Source: Clostridia bacterium (GTDB taxonomy: Bacteria; CBDUZB01; JAGLHV01). Taken from it: a DNA stretch of 64,000 bases. The stretch covers positions 2,257 through 66,256 of the forward strand of contig DAOVVV010000010.1 of the NCBI GenBank assembly GCA_030637025.1, read 5' to 3'. Positions 57,434 through 64,000 of this stretch are shown in pieces (position 1 is the stretch's first letter; every line of letters begins with the position of its first letter). Below the pieces are notes generated by a model. It saw only the letters and a program-made list of their open reading frames with translations, had not been told where the DNA came from and ran no database searches. Both the position numbers and the translations under genes were made by a program.

Positions 57434-58381
57434 ATGAAGTCAAAAAAGGTGATTATATTGTTAGCTGTTTTTTTAGGATTGTGTTTAATAACCGGTCTTA
57501 ATCATTATTGGTCTGATAAACAGGGAATATCCCAGTGTTTTATTAGTGTAAATGAACAGGAAATTTCTAAGATTGAAATAATTAGAAAAGAAGAACTTTT
57601 TGTTTTTGAAAAAAAAGAAGATTTATGGCAAATTATGCAGACAATCCAATATCCGGCGAATCAGTCTTTGATGATTGGTTTAATCGATTATGTAAGAAAG
57701 CTTACTTTAGATGGAATTATTTCTACCAATCCTCAAAAACACAGGAAGTTTCAGGTTGATCAAAAAGAAGGGGTACAGGTAAGTTTTTATAACCGGGAGG
57801 GGAAAAAACTTGTTAATTTTATTTTAGGTAAAATGGGAACGGATTATATGCATTATTATTTTCGCTTTCCTGATGAGCAAAAGGTTTATTTAAGTAAAGG
57901 GGTATCCAGGAATTTCGTTGATAAAGAAATAGAAAAATGGCGGGATAGAACGATTCTTGCTTTAAATAAAGATGCTTTGGAAGAAGTAAGCCTTATTTAT
58001 TTTCACTCAGATAAAAAAAAGCAAAAAAGAGAAGAAATTAAATTAATAAAAAAAGACGATAAATGGTTATTGGAAAAGGAAGAAGTAGATTCTAATATAT
58101 GGGATAGATTTTTAAACAATTTAACTAAATTGGATATGGATGATTTAGTTGAAGGTATATCCTCAGCAGAAGAGAAGACAAAATTCGGTCTGCAGAAACC
58201 TTCTTTTCAAATAATAATTAAATTAAAAGATAATCAGGAAGAGGAGATAGTTGTAGGGGATAAAAACGAAAAAAACCAATATTATGTACAGCGAAAAGGA
58301 GTAGAAACCATATTTTTAGTAAGTTCTCACAAAATAGACAACCTAAGAAAGATAGAAAAAAAGGAGGACATTGTTAAATAG
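57434..58381 (+). CDS. DUF4340-like periplasmic protein
   Basis: Signal/anchor. This protein typically follows GldG-like genes. Confidence 0.5.
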   Translation: MKSKKVIILLAVFLGLCLITGLNHYWSDKQGISQCFISVNEQEISKIEIIRKEELFVFEKKEDLWQIMQTIQYPANQSLMIGLIDYVRKLTLDGIISTNPQKHRKFQVDQKEGVQVSFYNREGKKLVNFILGKMGTDYMHYYFRFPDEQKVYLSKGVSRNFVDKEIEKWRDRTILALNKDALEEVSLIYFHSDKKKQKREEIKLIKKDDKWLLEKEEVDSNIWDRFLNNLTKLDMDDLVEGISSAEEKTKFGLQKPSFQIIIKLKDNQEEEIVVGDKNEKNQYYVQRKGVETIFLVSSHKIDNLRKIEKKEDIVK

Positions 58382-58430
58382 TCCTTCTAACCTAATCGCC
58401 CCGGTGAATTCACAGAAGTTGGAAGTAGAA

Positions 58431-59495
58431 ATGCAAATTAAATTTCGAATATTACTTTTACCACTCTTAATTATTTTATTAAATAGCAGTTGTATAATTG
58501 GGGAAAATCAAAAAAAAATTATACCTTCTTTTTATTATTGGAAAACTACATTAGATATAAGCGAAAAAAATATCGATTATTTAAAAGAAATTGGTATTAA
58601 AAAATTATATATTAGATTTTTTGATATTACCTGGGACAAGCAAAAACAAATTCCAATTCCATGTGATAAATTGATTGTAAAGCGAGGAAAAGAATTACCT
58701 TTTGGCTTAATTCCTGTAGTATTTATAACGCAAGATGTACTTTACAAAATTAGAACACAAGATATAAATAATTTATCTAAAAATATAATTAATGAAATTA
58801 TAATATATTTGGATAGATTTGAGATAAAAGATGGTAACATTGATGAAATTCAAATTGATACCGACTGGACAAAAACTACAAGAGAAAAATATTTTTTATT
58901 AATAAAAAATATAAATAACTATTGTAAGATAAAATATCCTAATATAAAAATTTCTGTTACTCTGAGATTACATCAAATTCATAATTATGAAAGTAATATA
59001 CCCCCGGTGAAAAGTGTTACATTAATGGTTTATCAGACATCAAATCCATATACTTTTAAAAATAAAAATTCAATTTTAAATAGAGAAACAGCTCAATATT
59101 ATTTGAGGGATATTGGTAAATATCCAATAAAAATAAATATTGCCTTGCCAATTTTTTCCTGGTTAGTACATTTTGACGAGGATAAAAACTTTGTTAGAAT
59201 TATTAATAATTATGACAGAGATGTATTTGTGAAAAATAAAAATTTAAAAAAAATAGACGATAAAATATTCGTTGCGAAAGAAAATTTCTATTTTAATAAT
59301 AAAAAAATATATAAAAATGATATATTAAAAATTGAAGAAAGTCATTTTAATGAAAACATAAAATTGTTAAAATTTATTAAAAATAAACTGAATAATGATA
59401 ATTTTAACTTAATATTATATCATTTTGATTACGAAGATATAAAGAGAATTACAAATGGAAAAACTAAAAAAATCATTAAAATATTTGATATTTAG
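58431..59495 (+). CDS. Hypothetical N/K/I-rich lipoprotein, part of the AT-rich island
   Basis: Start taken at the ATG 58431 (MQIKFRILLLPLLIILLNSSC, lipobox LNSSC) rather than the overlapping 58371. Very low GC coding. Confidence 0.45.
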   Translation: MQIKFRILLLPLLIILLNSSCIIGENQKKIIPSFYYWKTTLDISEKNIDYLKEIGIKKLYIRFFDITWDKQKQIPIPCDKLIVKRGKELPFGLIPVVFITQDVLYKIRTQDINNLSKNIINEIIIYLDRFEIKDGNIDEIQIDTDWTKTTREKYFLLIKNINNYCKIKYPNIKISVTLRLHQIHNYESNIPPVKSVTLMVYQTSNPYTFKNKNSILNRETAQYYLRDIGKYPIKINIALPIFSWLVHFDEDKNFVRIINNYDRDVFVKNKNLKKIDDKIFVAKENFYFNNKKIYKNDILKIEESHFNENIKLLKFIKNKLNNDNFNLILYHFDYEDIKRITNGKTKKIIKIFDI

Positions 59496-61833
59496 TTCCT
59501 TATGGTTATTTATAATCATGGATAATAATATTTTTTCATGCGGCCCTTATTTTGGCTGGGAAGAGGATACTTTATCATTTTTTGAACATACGGTTGCCGA
59601 TGATAAACTGTTTTATCGGTACCATTTAAAATATTCTAAGCCGTTGGAAATTGAGATAGATAATAATCAACAAACACCAACAATTCGAGATGCTAATATT
59701 GAAGAATGGCAGATGTATTTTAAGGACTTTTTTAATGTGGAATTAAGTTCTCATGAAATATACGAGAGTATTTATAGGGCATCTAAAAAGGAACTTATAA
59801 CAGCTTTGAATATTGTAACAGATAAAAACAGACAAAATGAAAGCAATATAGATAATATCGGTATAAAAAAATTTATTGAAATAAGAGATAAAAATAACAT
59901 TGAATATTTATTATATATAAAGGAATTAAATCCAGCTTTAGAATTTTTAAAAGATAGATATGGGTGGAGTGAACCAGATAAAGATAATAGTAATCGGATG
60001 AAAGTTCTTGAATTCTATTACAATAAGGCAGTAGAAATTATTCATAATAAAAACTTAAATAGTTTTTTGAGTGCAAAATATGCTTTCCAATCTATTAGGT
60101 TAGCAGTTTTTTTGAAAAAATATGACGAGGCTATTGATTTATATAATAAAAATTTAGGTAATACAAAAATAAATTCATTGATTAGATATAGAGCATTAGG
60201 TTATAAAGCAAGAGCTTTGTTAAAAAAAGGAGATAAAATTGATGCATTAAAATATTACTTAATGATTTTTGATCAATGTTCTCCATTAATGGAAATGGCA
60301 AGGTTGTCAATTTCATTTATTGGTGTAAAAAGTGGTGATTGGGGACAATATATTGAAAAACAAAAAAGTGACCATAGAAAAACTGTGGCATATTTTGTAC
60401 AGGGTCTTAACAAGGATTATAGAGATATCGGTATAGATATAATAGACAAGATATTAATATCGGGGGCAGAGCAAATAAAACCTGAGATTTTATTAGTTAG
60501 AGCTATTCATAAAATAGAAAAATATCACCTGGAAAATAATAATTACGTTGAATTAATTGGATTATGCGAGAAAGCAGGGAGACTGGAACAAATTAGGCAA
60601 CCGGCACTATGGTATATAGCAGGAGCATATTTGTCATATTTACAAAATGATATTAAAAAAGCTGAGGTTTTATATAAAAAAGCTATTCAAAAAAAATCAA
60701 AAAATTTACAATTAAACAATCAGATTCATTTAATTAAAACATTGATAGAAATAAAAAAAGCGGATACTATAAATACTAATCTATGGAAAAGAATCCATAA
60801 AGATATTAATTGGGCATCTATTTTAAAAAAGAGACAAAATAATAATGGAATAAAACATTCTCTATGGGTGAAACTGGGAGAAAAATTTCTTGGTAAAGGA
60901 GATATCGCTCGTACTGTATTATGTTTTGTAAAAGCTGGAGGACAATATGGTGGAAAAACTACGGATTGGACATATAATAGATATTATGTAAAGGTATCGG
61001 ATGTACAGTATTTAATGGATGTTGTATGTAATGATAAAGAGTTATTAAACTTAGAAAATATATTTAATAGTAAAAATAAATATGATAAATTTCTAGTAAA
61101 AAATCTATATTTTAATAAGGAGGATGTATTATCTCTAAGAGGAATAAAAGAATTTCGGAATGATAATTTAAGTAAAGCAATGGGCCACTTTAATCAACTT
61201 CCACTTAATTATCCTTCTTTAATAGAATATTCAGAATCCAATCCGGATTTATCTAAAAACATTAAATACAACGAATTGCCAATGAAAGATTTTGTTAGAT
61301 TATTAAACGATATTAATGAAAATATTGAAAAATTGAAAGGGGATCCAAAAGAATTAGCCAAACAATGGTTTATGTTAGGTAATATCTATTACTCTATTAG
61401 ATCCGGGTTTCCTCAAATTAGTAGAATAAAGAAAAGAAAGTGGGGAGTAGGTGAATGGGGATTTAACAAATATCATTCTTATAAATTAAGAATATATAAG
61501 GAATTTCCATTATCAGAAGAGAAACAGAAAGAACGATATGAAAACTTTATTATATCAACAGATAATTTTAAAAAAGCAGAAAAATATTATAAAAAAATAA
61601 TTGAATTAAATAGTGATAAAGAATTAGCAGCAAAATGTTGTATTTTGATGAATACTGCAAAAAATAATTTTTTATTCCATAAATCTTTATACGGAAAAGG
61701 GAAATCTACAGATATTAATAAGTTAGAAGATTGGCAAAAAAAATATTTTTTGTTATTTATTAATGAATATAATGACACACAATATTATTCTGATTATATA
61801 AAGCAATGTCCGATTTTAAAAAGGTTTAAGTAA
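59455..61833 (+). CDS. Large hypothetical N/K/Y-rich protein (792 aa) with TPR-like helical repeats, part of the AT-rich island
   Basis: N-terminal hydrophobic segment (LKYLIFSSLWLFIIM). Scattered TPR-like motifs. No catalytic motif recognised. Confidence 0.45.
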   Translation: MEKLKKSLKYLIFSSLWLFIIMDNNIFSCGPYFGWEEDTLSFFEHTVADDKLFYRYHLKYSKPLEIEIDNNQQTPTIRDANIEEWQMYFKDFFNVELSSHEIYESIYRASKKELITALNIVTDKNRQNESNIDNIGIKKFIEIRDKNNIEYLLYIKELNPALEFLKDRYGWSEPDKDNSNRMKVLEFYYNKAVEIIHNKNLNSFLSAKYAFQSIRLAVFLKKYDEAIDLYNKNLGNTKINSLIRYRALGYKARALLKKGDKIDALKYYLMIFDQCSPLMEMARLSISFIGVKSGDWGQYIEKQKSDHRKTVAYFVQGLNKDYRDIGIDIIDKILISGAEQIKPEILLVRAIHKIEKYHLENNNYVELIGLCEKAGRLEQIRQPALWYIAGAYLSYLQNDIKKAEVLYKKAIQKKSKNLQLNNQIHLIKTLIEIKKADTINTNLWKRIHKDINWASILKKRQNNNGIKHSLWVKLGEKFLGKGDIARTVLCFVKAGGQYGGKTTDWTYNRYYVKVSDVQYLMDVVCNDKELLNLENIFNSKNKYDKFLVKNLYFNKEDVLSLRGIKEFRNDNLSKAMGHFNQLPLNYPSLIEYSESNPDLSKNIKYNELPMKDFVRLLNDINENIEKLKGDPKELAKQWFMLGNIYYSIRSGFPQISRIKKRKWGVGEWGFNKYHSYKLRIYKEFPLSEEKQKERYENFIISTDNFKKAEKYYKKIIELNSDKELAAKCCILMNTAKNNFLFHKSLYGKGKSTDINKLEDWQKKYFLLFINEYNDTQYYSDYIKQCPILKRFK

Positions 61834-61932
61834 TACACCCAGGGGTAAATGAGGTAGTTGTTAATTTGGTATGTAGTATAATTATTGACATAAGCGTAGA
61901 GGACATCTATTTTAAAATCGCTATAAATCCAC

Positions 61933-62200
61933 GTTTAATGACTTAATCAATCTAATAGCCGAAAAATTAGTAGTTGAGGCAGCAGAATTAAAAGGAAACA
62001 AAAGGGATGAAAAAATAGCCAAAGCCAGAGCTTTGATATCATACATTGGGCAAAGGTATTTTGGGGAGCAGGGTGCTGCAATAGGCTTAGAATTAAATAA
62101 GAGCAATGCCAGTATAAGTATAGCATATAATCGAGGGAAGAAAATAATAGAGAAGGATGTGGGGGCAAAAAATATTCTTAATGACATATTAACTTTTTAA
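61933..62200 (+). pseudogene. 5'-truncated remnant of a RAYT-like gene: DnaA-C-like HTH C-terminal domain only
   Basis: Translation …LINLIAEKLVVEAAELKGNKRDEKIAKARALISYIGQRYFGEQGAAIGLELNKSNASISIAYNRGKKI… aligns with the RAYT 33706..34695 C-terminus (ELIGRISRYYGIEVEEI…REARSVLVYLASKYL…GVKIGKLLGVGKGAISIA…KG). No start codon; a stop lies upstream in frame. Confidence 0.55.
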
Positions 62201-62246
62201 CTACTTAACAATGTCCCCTAAAGTCCCACTAAAGTCTAAATGGGGT

Positions 62247-64000
62247 AAGTTTTATAATGGGAGAAACAGCAGTGAATACATTAATTAATCAGAATAAAGG
62301 ACAAATCTATACGGTTTTACGGCAATTCTGGGGGTATAATTCTTTTTTGCCATTTCAGGAAGATTCAATTTTGTCTATGTTGGAAAATGAAGACAGCTTA
62401 ACGGTGTTACCTACAGGAGGCGGTAAGTCCTTATGTTTTCAACTACCGGCTTTATTGAAGGAAGGCATGGTCGTAGTTATTTCTCCGTTAATTTCTCTGA
62501 TGAATGACCAGGTGAACAATCTTAAAGATATGGGAATAGCTTCTTGTTATTTAAATTCTACCCTGTCTTCTAAACAGCAAAGATTAGCAATTGAGCGAAT
62601 TCGGGAAGGAAAGATAAAATTATTATACATATCTCCCGAAAGGTTACAGAATAGGGATACAATAGCTTTATTAACTTCTGTCAGGCCTTCTTTTTTTGTG
62701 ATTGATGAGGCACATTGTATAAGCCATTGGGGGCATGATTTCAGAGCGAATTATCGTAATCTTCATATGATTAAAGAAAGGTTTAAGTCTGTAAGTGTCC
62801 ATGCCTTTACTGCTACTGCCACCAAAGAAGTGCAACTGGATATAATAAAGCAATTAAAGCTAAGCAATCCTAAAATTCATGTTGGCGGGATAGACCGTCC
62901 TAACTTAACCTACCGGGTAATAGCGCGCAATCAGATTTTAAAGCAGATCGTGGGGGTTTTAGCCAAGCATACCAATGAAGCGGGTATTATATATTGTTTA
63001 CGCCGTAAAGATGTGGACGTTATTTCGGAGGGTTTAAAAAGCCTGGGTATTGATAATGTCGGCTATCATGCCGGTATGTTAGACAAAGAACGACATATAG
63101 CACAAGAAAGATTTGCTCGTGAAGAAGTAAATATAATTGTTGCTACAGTAGCCTTTGGTATGGGGATCGACCGTTCTAACATCCGTTTTATAGTTCATGC
63201 AGGTATGCCCGGAAGTGTCGAACATTATCAACAGGAAACAGGTCGTGCCGGAAGGGATGGGCTTCCTGCTTTTTGTTATATGTTTTATGGTGGTGCAGAT
63301 TTTCGGTTATGGAGTTTTTTCGCAGAAAAGTCCTATGAGCGGGAAATACTGATGAAAAAAATAAAAATTATGTACAATTTTTGTACTCAGCCTCAATGCA
63401 GGCATAAACTGCTGGTAAATTATTTCGGGCAGGATTATGAAAGACGCTCTTGCGATGCCTGCGATTATTGTTTAAACGAGCTTGAAATGGTTGATGATGC
63501 GCTTACTGTCGGAAAAAATATATTATCCTGTGTAGTTAAGGTAAGGCAAACCCATTATGGATTTGGAACAGGACATGTGGTAAATGTATTAAAAGGCAAA
63601 CTAACAGATAAAATAAAACATATGGGACATCACACCCTGTCAACTTTCGGTATAATGCAGAAGGAATCAGAGGTGTTTATAAGGCATATGATTGAACAAT
63701 TAACCGGACAGGGTTTTTTATTTAAAGAGAGAGAATTTTTAACGCTTTCAGTAACGGATACCGGAAAACAATTGTTGTACGGGGAAGTATCTCCCATATT
63801 AGCTATGCCTTTGCTTGCTGCCAAGAAAAAAGAGATTAGAAAAAAAACCACTGAAAGAAGAGATAAAGAATGGGCGGAAATAGATCAGGGATTGTTTCAA
63901 ATATTACGCGAAGAGCGGACAAAACTTGCACACCAAAAAGATGTTCCGGCATATATTATATTCAGTGATAAAACCCTGAAAGATATAGCTGCAAAAAAGC
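62247..64000 (+). CDS. recQ: ATP-dependent DNA helicase RecQ, 3'-partial (runs off the window)
   Basis: Helicase motifs: I PTGGGKSLCFQLPAL, DEAH-box FVIDEAHCISHWGHDFR, III TATAT, RecQ-Ct zinc motif CRHKLLVNYFG…CDACDYC. Not in the ORF track because there is no stop within the window. Confidence 0.85.

Overview
AT-rich (about 30-38% GC) bacterial chromosomal segment, probably from an uncultivated low-GC diderm lineage; I cannot assign the taxon from sequence alone. 57 of 58 genes lie on the + strand. From 5' to 3' the window holds: a 5'-partial TPR protein followed by an ExbB/ExbD/ExbD/TonB energy-transduction cluster; an OmpA-like protein, two paralogous secreted proteins and an outer-membrane beta-barrel; and a roughly 30 kb Wzx/Wzy-dependent surface-polysaccharide locus. 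That locus is split by an inserted module carrying a Fic (AMPylator-type) gene and an intact REP-associated tyrosine transposase (RAYT, IS200-like HuH/Y1 family). After the locus come housekeeping genes (DUF72, acylphosphatase, ECF sigma/anti-sigma, cdd, tRNA-Ala(GGC), yjbQ, rsmD, nadK, recN), a GldA/GldF/GldG-like ABC system with DUF4340, an extremely AT-rich two-gene island of N/K-rich lipoproteins, a 5'-truncated RAYT remnant, and a 3'-partial recQ. The most striking feature is a dense mosaic of at least eight short intergenic repeat families (REP/BIME-like hairpins, a 34-bp 'tccatag' unit, (AAAGAC)n hexamer tracts, an 87-bp tandem repeat, a poly-C/G terminator-like hairpin, and a 50-bp gene-proximal module). 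These are reused at 13 or more intergenic sites, and the presumably cognate RAYT is encoded in the same window. No CRISPR array, rRNA or phage integrase was seen.
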